From an uncultured Gemmatimonadaceae bacterium (GTDB lineage Bacteria; Gemmatimonadota; Gemmatimonadetes; Gemmatimonadales; Gemmatimonadaceae): a DNA stretch of 64,000 nucleotides. Each line of letters opens with the position of its first letter. Position 1 is the first letter of the stretch. Position numbers and translations under genes: made by a program. The stretch covers positions 448,001 to 512,000 of the forward strand of contig CAVVTZ010000009.1 of the NCBI GenBank assembly GCA_963751275.1. The letters run 5' to 3'. Below are positions 52,292-63,146 of this stretch, in pieces. The notes under the pieces are model-generated. The model saw nothing but the letters and a program-made list of their open reading frames with translations, did not search any database and had not been told where the DNA came from.

Positions 52292-53667
52292 GCGCCCCCC
52301 CACTCGATGCCGAGCCGCCGCATGCGGCGGTACAGGTTCGGCCGGTCGGTCTTCAGCCGCCGCGCGGCGTCGGCCACGTTGCCCTGCGCCATCGAGAGCG
52401 CACGCGTGATCAGCGTGCGCTCGAAGTCATCGAGCGCGTCGTTCAGCGGGCGGTCGAGCGATGGCTCGGGCAGCGGCGGTGCGCTCCCCGGCGCCCCGCC
52501 GCTGCGCACGGCCGGCAGCACCGCGGCGACATCGGCCGCGGTCACTTCGCCCTGCTGCAGGATGGCGAGGCGCTCCACCGTGTTCGCCAGCTCGCGCACG
52601 TTCCCCGGCCAGCGGTGGCGCGTGAGCAGCGCGAGCGCTTCCTCGCTCCACTTGGGCGCCGGCCGCCCCGCCCGCGCGCGGTACTGCTCGGAGAAATGCA
52701 GCACGAGCGGACGGATGTCGTCAGGACGCTCACGCAGCGGCGGCAGCGTCATGGGGATCACGTTGAGCCGGTGATACAGGTCCTCGCGGAACTTCCCCTC
52801 CGCCACGCCGCGGGCGAGATCCATGTTGGTCGCCGCGATGATGCGCACGTCCACCTTGATCGGCTTGCCGCCGCCCACGCGCTCGATCTCGCTCGCCTCG
52901 ATCGCGCGCAGCAGTTTCGCCTGCGCCTCGGCGCCCAGGTCGCCCACCTCGTCCAGCAGCAGCGTGCCGGTGTTGGCCAGCTCGAAGCGCCCGATCCGGC
53001 GCTCCGTCGCGCCGGTGAACGCCCCCTTCTCGTGGCCGAACATCTCGCTCTCCACGAGATCGCGCGGGATCGCCGCGCAGTTCACGCGCACGAACGGGCG
53101 GTCGCGCCGCGCGCTCCCGCGGTGGATCGCGCTCGCGACGAGTTCCTTCCCGGTGCCCGATTCCCCCATGAGCAGCACGCGCGCGTCCGTGGGCGCGATG
53201 CGCGCGATCATCTCGCGCACCTTCTGCATTGCCGCGCTCGTGCCCACCATCTCGCCGGTGAGGGCATAGTCCTCGCGCAGCGTGCGCGCCTCGCGGCGCG
53301 CCGACCGGAGTTCGAGCGCGCTGCGGAGCGCCAGCAGCACCCCCTCGGGCGTGAGCGGCTTCTCCAGGAACTGGAAGGCGCCGAGCTTCGTCGCGCGCAC
53401 GGCGTCGCTCAGCCCGGCGCGGCCGCTCATCATCACCACCGGCAGCTCTGGATAGCGCTCGCGCAATGCCGTCAACGTCGCCATGCCATCCATCGTGCCG
53501 GGCATCATGAGGTCCACGAGCACCGCGTCGGGCTCGCGCTCCAGCGCCGCCGCCAGCCCCGCGGCGCCGTCGCCGGCCTCGCGCACGGTGAACCCCTCGG
53601 TGCCGAGCAGCGCACCGACCATCCGACGAATGTTCGCTTCGTCGTCGATGATCAGGATCTCAGCCAT
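52288..53667 (-). CDS. sigma54-dependent response regulator (NtrX/NtrC-like)
   Basis: REC domain, GESGTGKE, GAFTGA, WPGNVREL and Fis-type HTH. Confidence 0.95.
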   Translation of the reverse strand: MAEILIIDDEANIRRMVGALLGTEGFTVREAGDGAAGLAAALEREPDAVLVDLMMPGTMDGMATLTALRERYPELPVVMMSGRAGLSDAVRATKLGAFQFLEKPLTPEGVLLALRSALELRSARREARTLREDYALTGEMVGTSAAMQKVREMIARIAPTDARVLLMGESGTGKELVASAIHRGSARRDRPFVRVNCAAIPRDLVESEMFGHEKGAFTGATERRIGRFELANTGTLLLDEVGDLGAEAQAKLLRAIEASEIERVGGGKPIKVDVRIIAATNMDLARGVAEGKFREDLYHRLNVIPMTLPPLRERPDDIRPLVLHFSEQYRARAGRPAPKWSEEALALLTRHRWPGNVRELANTVERLAILQQGEVTAADVAAVLPAVRSGGAPGSAPPLPEPSLDRPLNDALDDFERTLITRALSMAQGNVADAARRLKTDRPNLYRRMRRLGIEWGGA

Positions 53668-53929
53668 TCAGCTTCTTCTCCGCCCCCACGCGCTCCGAGA
53701 GGAGTTTCGTCGTGAACCGCTGCCCCTCCGAGATGCGCTCCACTTCCACGGCGATCGAATCGATCGCTTGCTCCATCCGCTCGAGCCGCGCCATCGCCTC
53801 GGGCGGAATCGGCGGCAGCTCGGTCTTCCGGTTGGCGCGCTTGATGTACGCGATCGTGAGCGGCAGGCCGATGAACAGCGCCAGCGTGAAGATCATGCCG
53901 GCGATGGGAATCACGATGTCCTCATTCAT
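53660..53929 (-). CDS. small membrane protein with coiled coil
   Basis: TM followed by RLERMEQAIDSIAVEVERISEGQRF; overlaps both neighbours. Confidence 0.7.
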   Translation of the reverse strand: MNEDIVIPIAGMIFTLALFIGLPLTIAYIKRANRKTELPPIPPEAMARLERMEQAIDSIAVEVERISEGQRFTTKLLSERVGAEKKLNG

Positions 53930-55182
53930 GCGCTGCGCTCCCCTTCAGGTTTTTGATCGGCCGGCGTGCCACTCACCGGCAGGATGAACCGGATCTCCGT
54001 CCCATGCTCCTTGTCGCTCGTCGCGCTCACCGCGCCGCCATGCGCCAGCACGGTCTGCCGCGCGATCGCCAATCCCAGCCCCGTGCCTCCCGCCGTCGTC
54101 GTGTGGTACGGCTCCCAGATCGCCGACAGCCGCTCGGGCGGGATCCCCTTGCCGGTATCCACGACGCGCAGTTCCACCGCCGGCCGCCCATCGAGCACGC
54201 TGCGCGCCACGTGCACGCGCACCGACCCGCCGCCGCGGCACGCCTCCACCGCGTTCAGCAGCACGTTGCTCAGCGCGCGCGACAGCGCCTCGTAGTGCCC
54301 CGTGATCTGCGGTACGTTCTCATCCGCCTGCACGGTCACGGGCACCGCGCCGCCGCTCATCGCGCGGGCCGCCTCGCTCGCCAACTCCGCCACGTCGATC
54401 GCGGCCGCGGGCCCCTCGGGCAGCCGCCCGAACTGCGCGAAGCTCCGCGCCATCGCGTCGATGCGCTTGGTCTCGGTCTCGAGCACATCCACGATCTCCG
54501 TGAGCTTGGGATCCGCATCGCGCCGGAGCCGCGCGATCGCGAGACTGATGGGCGTCAGCGGATTCTTCAGCTCGTGCGCCACGCGCCGCGCCGTTTCGCG
54601 GAACGCTTCCAGGCGCTCGGCTTCGATCTCCCGCGCGCGCGCCGCAATGATCTGGTCGGCCATTTCGCGCATCCGCCGCCGCATCACTTCGAACTCCGGC
54701 GCGCCGCGCTGCGGCTTGCCCGCCGGCAGCGGCTGGCCGCGCGCCACCAGTTCGGTCCATTCCACCAGCTCGCTCAGCGGCCGGCTCAGCTGCCGGCTCA
54801 AGTGTCCCGCCGCGCGCCACGCCAGCAGCGCCAGGATCATCGAGCCCGCGATCGCCAGGATCACGATCGCCCCCGCCACGCGCGATGCGAGATATTCGTA
54901 GCGCCGCGCCTCGATGAGAGAATTCCCCAGCACCCGCTCGTGCTCGTCCAGCGCCGCGCGCTGCTCCGCCGTGAGCGGCGCCCCGCGCATCGACTCGATC
55001 ACCTTCCGGCCGCTCGCCTCCACCACCTCCCACGGCCGCTTCCCGCTCAGCACCGGCAGCACGGTGCTCACGCCCGCGGCCCCGCCGAGCAGCAGCACGC
55101 TCGTCGGCACCATCGCGAACAGCACGAGGTAGATCAGGACCCGCGTTCGGAACCGGGGCTGCTTCAATAGCGCTCCGTTCAA
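53926..55182 (-). CDS. NtrY-like sensor histidine kinase
   Basis: Two TMs, HAMP domain, AHELKNPLTPI, N box, DTGKG and GTGLGL. Confidence 0.92.
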   Translation of the reverse strand: MNGALLKQPRFRTRVLIYLVLFAMVPTSVLLLGGAAGVSTVLPVLSGKRPWEVVEASGRKVIESMRGAPLTAEQRAALDEHERVLGNSLIEARRYEYLASRVAGAIVILAIAGSMILALLAWRAAGHLSRQLSRPLSELVEWTELVARGQPLPAGKPQRGAPEFEVMRRRMREMADQIIAARAREIEAERLEAFRETARRVAHELKNPLTPISLAIARLRRDADPKLTEIVDVLETETKRIDAMARSFAQFGRLPEGPAAAIDVAELASEAARAMSGGAVPVTVQADENVPQITGHYEALSRALSNVLLNAVEACRGGGSVRVHVARSVLDGRPAVELRVVDTGKGIPPERLSAIWEPYHTTTAGGTGLGLAIARQTVLAHGGAVSATSDKEHGTEIRFILPVSGTPADQKPEGERSA

Positions 55183-55310
55183 AGCGTTTCTTTCTGCGAC
55201 ACCCCAATCTATGGATTCGTCACGCCTCGCGCGAAGAGGTGGGGGGCCGTTCTAACGTCCAATGTCGCGGTTCTAAACGCGTACGACCAACGACTCGTAC
55301 CCATGGCCTT

Positions 55311-55339
55311 TTGCCCCCGGGCGTTGTCCTCGTTACATT
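55311..55339 (+). promoter_or_regulatory. candidate sigma70 promoter TTGCCC-17-TACATT
   Basis: Correct spacing; about 300 nt upstream of the NYN gene. Confidence 0.4.
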
Positions 55340-55637
55340 AAGGAACCGATGCGCACCACGAAGACAGCTTGATGCCGTTCCGCTCGACCCATGAAAGCGA
55401 CGGCGCGCAGTTCGCGGGATTCGTTCCCGCGCTCGCGCCAACCGCTCCGGGTCGGCCGGCGTCACGCAGCAACGTGGGAGCGCTTGCGGCCAGACAATCG
55501 CCCGCCGCGGACGCCATCCAAGATCGCGACCGCACCCGCTGCTTCGAGCCCGTCTCGCTCCCATGGAGCGCTCAGGGGAAGCGGCGGCACGCCGGGCGAC
55601 CTGCCGCGCCTTTTCACACCGTCTCACCACCGAGTAC

Positions 55638-57371
55638 ATGACACCACGATCCAAGCGGCCACTGGGCGCCGCCGCTCACCGGCCGGCGGCCATCCGCCAG
55701 TCCGTCGCCCCCATGCACCGCGGACCACAGGCCAACATCCTGTCCGCCCCGATCCAGCAGCCGCCGTCGGCCTTCCATAGCGACTCCAGCGCCGCGCTCC
55801 TCATCGACTTCGACAACGTCACGATGGGGATCCGCTCCGACCTGGGCCACGAGCTCCGCAACCTCCTCTCCAGCGACATCATCAAGGGGAAGGTCGCCGT
55901 GCAGCGTGCCTACGCCGACTGGCGCCGCTATCCGCAGTACATCGTGCCGCTCGCCGAGAGCTCGATCGACATGATCATGGCCCCCGCGTACGGCAGCTCG
56001 AAGAAGAACGCCACCGACATCCGCCTCGCCGTCGATGCGATCGAGCTCGTCTTCACGCGCCCCGAGATCGACACCTTCATCCTCCTCTCCGGCGATTCCG
56101 ACTTCGCGAGCCTCGTCACGAAGCTCAAGGAGTACAGCAAGTACGTGATCGGCGTGGGCATCCGCGAGAGCTCGAGCGATCTGCTCGTGATGAACTGCAA
56201 CGAGTACTACAGCTACAACGCGCTCGCCGGCCTCGTGCGATCGGACGCGGAAGAGACCACGAAACGCGATCCATGGGAGCTGGTGCTCGAAGCCGTGCAG
56301 CGCATGAAGCGCAACGGCGACGTCATGCGCTCCGACCGCCTCAAGCAGGTCATGCAGGAGATCGACAACAGCTTCGACGAGGGCAACCTCGGCATGGCGA
56401 AATTCTCCCGCTTCTGCCAGGAAGCCGCGGCCAAGGGTCTGCTCAAGATCTCGCGCCTCGAGAACGGTCAGATGGAGATCGACGTGCCCGACGGCACGCC
56501 GGTGCTCCCACAGTCGCCGTCCGTGCTCCCCACTTCGGAGCGCCGCGCGGCCACCGCCGCCGGCACCCCCGAGAATCGCCGCCGCGGCCGCCGCGGCGGC
56601 CGTGGCCGCGGCCGCGATCGCGACGAGAACACCGCCGCCCGCCCCGAAATGGCCGACATGGCACCGGAGTTGGTGCCCGACGCCGCTCCGGAATTCGACC
56701 TCGAGCCGCGGGAAGTCGCCGTTGAGCGATTCCCGACTCCCGACTCCCGAGCGGTTTCAGTGGACGCCGAAATGTCCGGCATGCGTCTCAGTCGCGACGA
56801 AGCCTTCGCCCTCGTCCGCCGCGCCGTCGAGTCGCTCTCCAACGGTCCCAATGACACGGTGGCCGCGAGCCGCGTACGCGTCAAAGCCCGCGAGCTCCTC
56901 GGCCGCGACAGCGAGACGCTCAGCGAGCGCCACTTCCACCGCATCCTCCGCGACATGCACGACGCCGAGCAGATCGATCTCCGCAAGCGCGGTGACGACT
57001 ACGAGGTGTCGCCGTCGCCCGACGCGCCGCCGATCGCCGAGCAGCTCGCGGCGTCCGAGGCGGTCGCGGTGGCCGCGGCCGATGCGAGCCAGGCCGGCCG
57101 CGCCGCGTCCAACGCCGCTTCGCTGCGCCGCGGGATCCGCGGCCGCGGCCGTGGCAAGGGCGGCGCGAACGAACTGCCTCCGGGTCTTCTCTCGGTCGGC
57201 ATCGTCGATCACGGCACGCCGCTGGTCGTCGAGGTACCGGCCGATGAGGACGCCGACGACGAGAGCGAGGTCGCTCCCGCCGCCGTCGCCGGCGAGAAGG
57301 CGCCGGTGAAGCGGCGCCGCGGCATCCGCGGCGGCCGCGCGCGCAAGAAGAAGGAACCCGGAGCCGAATAG
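55638..57371 (+). CDS. NYN (LabA/DUF88) ribonuclease-like protein with LOTUS/OST-HTH-like domains
   Basis: IDFDN, RAYADW, KNATDIRL, LSGDSDF and FDEGNLG..KFS; RG-rich linkers. Confidence 0.9.
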   Translation: MTPRSKRPLGAAAHRPAAIRQSVAPMHRGPQANILSAPIQQPPSAFHSDSSAALLIDFDNVTMGIRSDLGHELRNLLSSDIIKGKVAVQRAYADWRRYPQYIVPLAESSIDMIMAPAYGSSKKNATDIRLAVDAIELVFTRPEIDTFILLSGDSDFASLVTKLKEYSKYVIGVGIRESSSDLLVMNCNEYYSYNALAGLVRSDAEETTKRDPWELVLEAVQRMKRNGDVMRSDRLKQVMQEIDNSFDEGNLGMAKFSRFCQEAAAKGLLKISRLENGQMEIDVPDGTPVLPQSPSVLPTSERRAATAAGTPENRRRGRRGGRGRGRDRDENTAARPEMADMAPELVPDAAPEFDLEPREVAVERFPTPDSRAVSVDAEMSGMRLSRDEAFALVRRAVESLSNGPNDTVAASRVRVKARELLGRDSETLSERHFHRILRDMHDAEQIDLRKRGDDYEVSPSPDAPPIAEQLAASEAVAVAAADASQAGRAASNAASLRRGIRGRGRGKGGANELPPGLLSVGIVDHGTPLVVEVPADEDADDESEVAPAAVAGEKAPVKRRRGIRGGRARKKKEPGAE

Positions 57372-57375
57372 CGCG

Positions 57376-58005
57376 GTGGGCGCTCCGCTCCCCGCCGCCT
57401 TCTACGATCGCGAGACCGAGCTCGTCGCCCGCGACCTGCTCGGCGCCGTCCTCCGGTGCGTCACGCCGGAGGGCGTCGCGTCCGGCCGCATCGTCGAGAC
57501 CGAAGCGTATCTCGGCGAGCACGATGCGGCGTGTCACGCCGCCGCGGGACGCACCGCGCGCACCGAGGTGCTCTACGGACCGCCGGGGCGCGCGTACATC
57601 TACTTCATCTACGGCATGTACTGGTGCGTGAACGCGGTCACGCGCGCGAACGGTCTGCCGAGCGCCGTGCTCATCCGCGCGATCGAGCCGCTCGCCGGCA
57701 TCGACCTCATGCGCGCGCGGCGTCCGGGTGCGCGCACGGCGCGCGACCTCACCAATGGCCCGGGCAAATTGTGCGCCGCGCTCGGCATCACCGGCGCGCT
57801 GCATGGCGTGTCGCTGCGGAATTCCGCGCTCACGATCCGCGCAGGCGACCCCGTGCCCGCCCGCCAGATCGCCGTCACGCCGCGCATCGGCATCGCGAAG
57901 GCCGCCGACTGGCCATTGCGCTGGACCGTGCGCGGCAATGAATTCGTATCGAAGGCCGTTCCGCGTTCCGCCACGCGCCACCACCGGAGAGTGACCGTCC
58001 CATGA
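57376..58005 (+). CDS. mpg: DNA-3-methyladenine glycosylase (AAG type)
   Basis: GRIVETEAY, YIYFIYGMY, AVLIRA, GPGKLC and TPRIGI. Confidence 0.95.
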   Translation: MGAPLPAAFYDRETELVARDLLGAVLRCVTPEGVASGRIVETEAYLGEHDAACHAAAGRTARTEVLYGPPGRAYIYFIYGMYWCVNAVTRANGLPSAVLIRAIEPLAGIDLMRARRPGARTARDLTNGPGKLCAALGITGALHGVSLRNSALTIRAGDPVPARQIAVTPRIGIAKAADWPLRWTVRGNEFVSKAVPRSATRHHRRVTVP

Positions 58006-59248
58006 GACTCATCCCGCTCCTCGCGCTCACCGCCGCGCTCGCCGCGCGCGCGTCCGCCCAGAACCCGGCCGCCCCGATGAATCCACCGTCCGTCGCACCG
58101 ACCGGCGTCTCCGAGCGCGCGATGAAGATCTGGCGCGCGTCGATCGTGATCGACACGCACAACGACTTCCCGTCGAAGATGGCCGATGAGCACGTGAAGT
58201 TCGAGGACCGCCATCCGGCGGGCCCGGTCATGACCGACATCCCGCGCCTCTTCGACGGCGGCGTCACCGCGGTCTTCGCCTCCGACTTCGTGGACGCCAA
58301 GTACGCGCTCACGACGCCGAATTCGTCGTACGCGCGCGCGGTGGAGCTCGCCGACACCGTGCACGCGCTCGTGAAGCGGAATCCGAACACGCTCCTCTTC
58401 GCCACCACGGCCGCCGATGTGGAACGTGCCAAGAAGGAAGGGAAGATCGCGATCTTCATCGGCGTCGAGGGCGGCCACGCGATCGAGAACTCGCTCGCCA
58501 AGCTCGATGATCTCTACGCGCGCGGCGTGCGCTACATGACGCTCACTTGGAACAACGGGAACGAGTGGGCGGGCGCGGCGGCGGGCGTGAACAACACCAG
58601 CACCGGCGGCCTCACGCCCTTCGGCGTGCAGGTGATCCACGAGATGAACCGCCTCGGCATGTTCGTGGACGTCTCGCACGTCTCCGACCAGACCTTCTGA
58701 CGATGCGATCAAGGCCTCGAGCGTGCCGGTGATCGCGTCGCACTCGAGCGCCCGCGCGCTCTCCGACCATCCGCCGTAACCTGACCGACGACCAGCTCCG
58801 CGCCCTCGCGAAGAACGGCGGCGTCGTGAACGTGAACTTCTATCCGAGCTTCATCGACACGCGCTACCGGGAAGCCACCGCGGCCGCATCCGGCGCCGTC
58901 GCCAAGTGGCGCGACTCCGCGCTCAAGGCGCCCGGCGCCGACAGCGCGGCGGTCCGCGCCGAAGCGGCGCGACGCGATTCCGCCGCCGTCGCCGCCGTGC
59001 CGCTCCCCGCGCTCTCGGTGCTCCTCGACCACTTCGATCACATCGCGAAGGTCGCCGGCGTCGATCACGTGGGCATCGGCAGCGATTTCGATGGCATCGA
59101 GGTCGCCCCGCAGCAGATGGAGGATGTCTCGATGCTCCCGCGCATCGCACAGGGACTGCTGGACCGCGGCTACTCCGAGGCCGACATCAAGAAGATGATC
59201 GGCGGCAACATGATGCGCGTCATGAAACAAGTCCTCAAGCCGCACTAA
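58002..59248 (+). CDS. exported M19 membrane dipeptidase; frameshifts at 58698-58780
   Basis: IDTHND, GVEGG, TLTW, DVSH, SHS and GIGSDFDG. Confidence 0.9.
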
Positions 59249-59404
59249 CTACGAACGGCGCGTGTAGGGACTAGTACCGCTTGAGGGGCGCGTCTGGGAG
59301 GCAGCGTGTGGCGCGTCGGGTCTCGGATGCAGGAAGCGGCGGCGCGATCCGGTTCGCGCCGCCGCTTCATTCGCGGGCTCAGCCCGCGCTGGTTCCGTGC
59401 CCGG

Positions 59405-60053
59405 TCAGTGTCCGCTGTCCGCCGACGGGCCGAAGTTCAAGCGCACGCCGCCTTCCAGCAGGTACGCCGCGCGCCCGTTCAGGATGAAGTTGCTCGGCGT
59501 CGGCATGTAGATGAAGTTGCCGAAGATCGCCACGCGCTTGAGCTGCGCGTGCACGCCCACCAGCAGATTGACCTGGATCCGCATCCTTCTCCTCGCTCAG
59601 GTTATGCTGCACCTGATCCCGCACGTTCGGGTTGAGGATCGAGTCGGTGATCGTCGCTTCGTGCGACAGGTTCATGATGAATCCGCCGCCCGCGTAGAGG
59701 TGCACGCCGCCCCAGGCCACCGGGAGCGCGATCACGTCGGCCATGACCTGCGTCATGTCCTTGATCTGCACGTTGTACGGGACGCCGTTGTTGTCCGTCA
59801 CCGACGCGCTGGTCGTGAAGAACGCCTGGCCCACCGAGAGATAGAGGCCGCCGCGCGTCTTCGTGATGAACCACTCGGCGTTGACCACGGGCGCCGTCTG
59901 ATTGGCGACGGTAGCCGTCGAGAACGACATGGCGCCGGCGTTCAGCCCCCAGAACCACGAATCGTTGAACAGGCGCCCTCCCTGAGCGGAGCTGGCCGAC
60001 GGCGCCAGTGCAACAAGGGCGAGACCGGATGCGAGCCACCGGACCATGCGCAT
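59405..60053 (-). CDS. outer-membrane beta-barrel-like exported protein; frameshift near 59575
   Basis: GAGGAG RBS, signal peptide and amphipathic strands. Confidence 0.6.
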
Positions 60054-60336
60054 GGTGAAGCTCCTCGTACGTGTGGTGTGAAGATCGGAAAAAGGACTGC
60101 TGTCGCCCGTCCCAAACCGCTCAAGATTCGAGACGGAGAAGCCGGGCACCGAACGCCGGATAACGAGGTCGATCATGTCACGGACGAGGCGAACTCCTCA
60201 GGCGTCACAGACTTGCCCGCTCTCACGAACCTGGTTTCTAACCCCCTCTGCTTGACCACCGTCGTCGCCGCCACCACTTTGCCCCGGTGAGCGACCGTCG
60301 GAGCGTCCCCTGACCCCTCTCGCTGCCTCGCCTGCC

Positions 60337-60655
60337 GTGGAGCAATTCCACAGCGCCGTCTACGGCACCGTCTTCGGACGACGCATGGACGTGGTGCACC
60401 GCTTGAACGCCGGTGACCGCCTGATCCTCGTGCCCGACGCCCCCGGCACCGACAATCCCGCCGTCTGGGTACACGCACGAGGCGGCGACGTCGTTGGGCA
60501 TCTCCCCTTCGCCATCTGCGGCTGGCTCGTCCCCTGGATGCTCGGCGGGGGCCGGTGCAGCGCCTCGGTCGAGAAGGTCGGGACGGACGAGACGCCCAGT
60601 TGGCAGCGCTTGATCATCCGGCGTCCGCTTCCTGGGACTCCCGGCGCGCGGCTGA
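60337..60655 (+). CDS. stand-alone HIRAN-like domain protein (ends approximate)
   Basis: LNAGDRLILVPD..DNPAVWV...VGHLP pattern. Confidence 0.65.
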
Positions 60656-60657
60656 GG

Positions 60658-61884
60658 TTACGTCAGCAGCCCCGCTTTCTTCCCCACGCGCTTGAACGCC
60701 GCCACCGCCAGATCGAGATCCTCGCGCGTGTGCGCCGCCGACAGCTGGCAGCGGATGCGCGCCGTGACCCTGCGGCACCACCGGGAAGCCGAAGCCCGTC
60801 ACGAAGACGCCCTCGTCGAGCAGCATCTCGCTCATCGCGGATCGCGGTGGCCGTCTCGCCGATGATGATCGGGACGATCGGCGTCTCGCCGTCGAGCGGC
60901 TTGAAGCCCGCCTCGGTCAGCGCCGCCGCGGAAGTAGCGCGCGTTGTCGTGCAGGCGTGCGACGCGCTCCGGGTGCCGTTCGATGCACGCGCACCGCCGC
61001 GAGCGCGCTGGCCGCCACGGTGGGCGGCAGCGCGTTCGAGAAGAGCTGCGGACGCGAGCGCTGCGTGAGCATAGTCGCAGAGCGCCGCCGAGCCGGCCGT
61101 GAAGCCGCCCGCCGCGCCGCCCAGCGCCTTGCCGAGCGTGCGACGTGATCACGTCCACCTCGCCGAGCACGCCGAAGTGCTCCGGCCGTGCCGCGCCCCG
61201 TCGCGCCGATGACGCCGGTGGCGTGCGAGTCGTCCACGACCACGCACGGCGTCGTGATCGCGCGCGATCTGCAGCAGCTGCGGCAGCTTCGCGATGCTCG
61301 CCCTCCATCGAGAAGATCGCCGTCGGTCCAGATCAGCCGGCGCCGCGCGCCCTTGGTCGCGCGCAGCTTCTCCTCGAGGTCGTCCAGGTCGCAGTGGCGG
61401 TACACGGCGGTCGTGCACTTCGTGATCGCCTTCGCGAGCCGGATCGAGTCGATGATCGACGCGTGGTTCAGCGCGTCGGAGACAGACGAAGTCGCCCTCT
61501 TCCACCACGGTCGCGGTGCAGCCCCTCGTTGGCGTTCCACGCGGAGACGAGCGACAGCGCCGCCTCGGTGCCCACGAAGCGCGGCGAGCGCCGCCTCGAG
61601 CTCGCGGTGCACGGTGAACGTGCCGCAGATGAAGCGCACGCTGCCCGTGCCGGCGCCGAACTTGTCGAGCGCCGTCGATGCCCGGCGCGGATCACGCTCG
61701 GCTCGTCGCACAGGCCGAGGTAGTTGTTCGACGAGAGGATCAGCACCTCGCCGCGCCCCTCCATCTTCACGTGCGCCGACTGCGGCGACGTCGAGGATAG
61801 TTGAGGCGCTTGTAGACGCCGTCCGTCTTGAACTGCGTCGAGCGCGGCCATGCAGCTCGCGCGTGAAGGAGGATTCGCGTTCAT
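60658..61884 (-). CDS. kbl: 2-amino-3-ketobutyrate CoA ligase (glycine C-acetyltransferase); many indels
   Basis: SSNNYLGL, SVRFICGT, DALNHASIID, DDSHATG, LFSNALPP and GFPVVP. Confidence 0.88.
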
Positions 61885-61892
61885 CGGGATCC

Positions 61893-62941
61893 TCAGGCAC
61901 CGATGTCGAAGATGACCTTGCCCGCCGCGCCCGATCTTGATCGACGCGCGATGGCGTCGTCGAATCCGTCTCCAGCGGGAAGCGGTGCGTGATCACCGGC
62001 GCGCGGGTCGAACTTCCCCGACCGCAGGAAACGCGTCATCAGGTGCCACGTGTCGTACATCCGGCGCCCGGTCACGCCGTAGACGGTCACGCCCTTGAAG
62101 ATGAGCTCCGTCGGCGAAGTCGAACTCCATCGGCTTGGCCGGCATGCCGAGCATCTGCACGCGCCCGCCGGGCGCACGAGCTTGAATGCCTGGTGGATCG
62201 CGGCCGGCACGCCGCGACATCTCGAGCACCACGTCGACGCCGAGCCCGCCGGTCGCAGCCTTGCACGGCGGCCTCCGCCGTCCGTCTCGGATGGACGACA
62301 TCGTGCGCGCCCATCGCGCGCGCGAGCGCGAGCCGCGTGTGGTTCACGTCGCTCGCGATCACGCGCGACGCGCCGGCCGCCACGCAGATGCCGACCGCGA
62401 AGATGCCGATCGGGCCGCAGCCGGTGACAGCACCGTCGCGCCCGGGATCTCGGTGCGGTGAGCGCGGTGTGGAAGGCGTTCCCCATCGGGTCGTGGATGC
62501 CGCCGATCTCGATAGGAGATGTCGTCGTCCAGATGCCAGCACGTTCGTCGCCGGCATCGCGATGAACTCGGCGAAGCAGCCGTCGCGGTCCACGCCGATG
62601 ATCGCGCGTGTTCGGGCAGACGTGCGCCGTTGCCGGTGCGGCAGAGCATGGCAGTGTGCCGCAGACGATGTGCCCCTCGGCGGTCACGCGGTCGCCGACT
62701 TTCACGTCGCGTCACGAGCGTCCCGACCGCACCGACATTCGCCGGCGAACTCGTGGCCCACCGTGAAGGGCGGCTTGCAGCGCCCCTGCGCCCAGTCGTC
62801 CCATTCGTAGATGTGGACGTCGGTGCCGCACACGCCGGCGCGGCGTACGCGGATCAGGACCTCGTCGTCACGGATCGTGGGCTCGGGCACCTGCTTCATC
62901 ACGAAGCCCGGCGCCGCCTTCTCTTTCACGAGTGCTCGCAT
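61893..62941 (-). CDS. tdh: L-threonine 3-dehydrogenase; many indels
   Basis: GVCGTDVHIY, GHEFAG, AEGHIVCG, GCGPIG and GRRMYDTW; adjacent to kbl. Confidence 0.9.
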
Positions 62942-63033
62942 GCGCCGAAAAATGCGCTCCGGGGGAACGCCCCGCCACCAGCGCCAATGATCCCGTCGCG
63001 CGCATGGCATTGATGCCGTGCCGGTTCAACCGA

Positions 63034-63065
63034 TGACTGTCGACTGTTGACTGTAGACTGTTGAC
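63034..63065. repeat. heptamer array GACTGT(T/C/A) x4
   Basis: tgactgtcgactgttgactgtagactgttgac; same unit as at 3982-4171. Confidence 0.8.
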
Positions 63066-63091
63066 CGCACTTGGCAGTTGGACTCAGAGCC

Positions 63092-63120
63092 TTGCCGACC
63101 AAGGGAGTGCGGAACATACT
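63092..63120 (+). promoter_or_regulatory. candidate sigma70 promoter TTGCCG-17-CATACT
   Basis: Correct spacing; just upstream of the tldD-like gene. Confidence 0.45.
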
Positions 63121-63146
63121 CTCCGCTACCCTTTCACAACTGGGAT

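Noticed and set aside
55220..55637. tmRNA, RNase P RNA or a known riboswitch
   Set aside because: No tRNA-like ends, tag ORF or RNase P/riboswitch consensus recognised; kept only as an unassigned leader.
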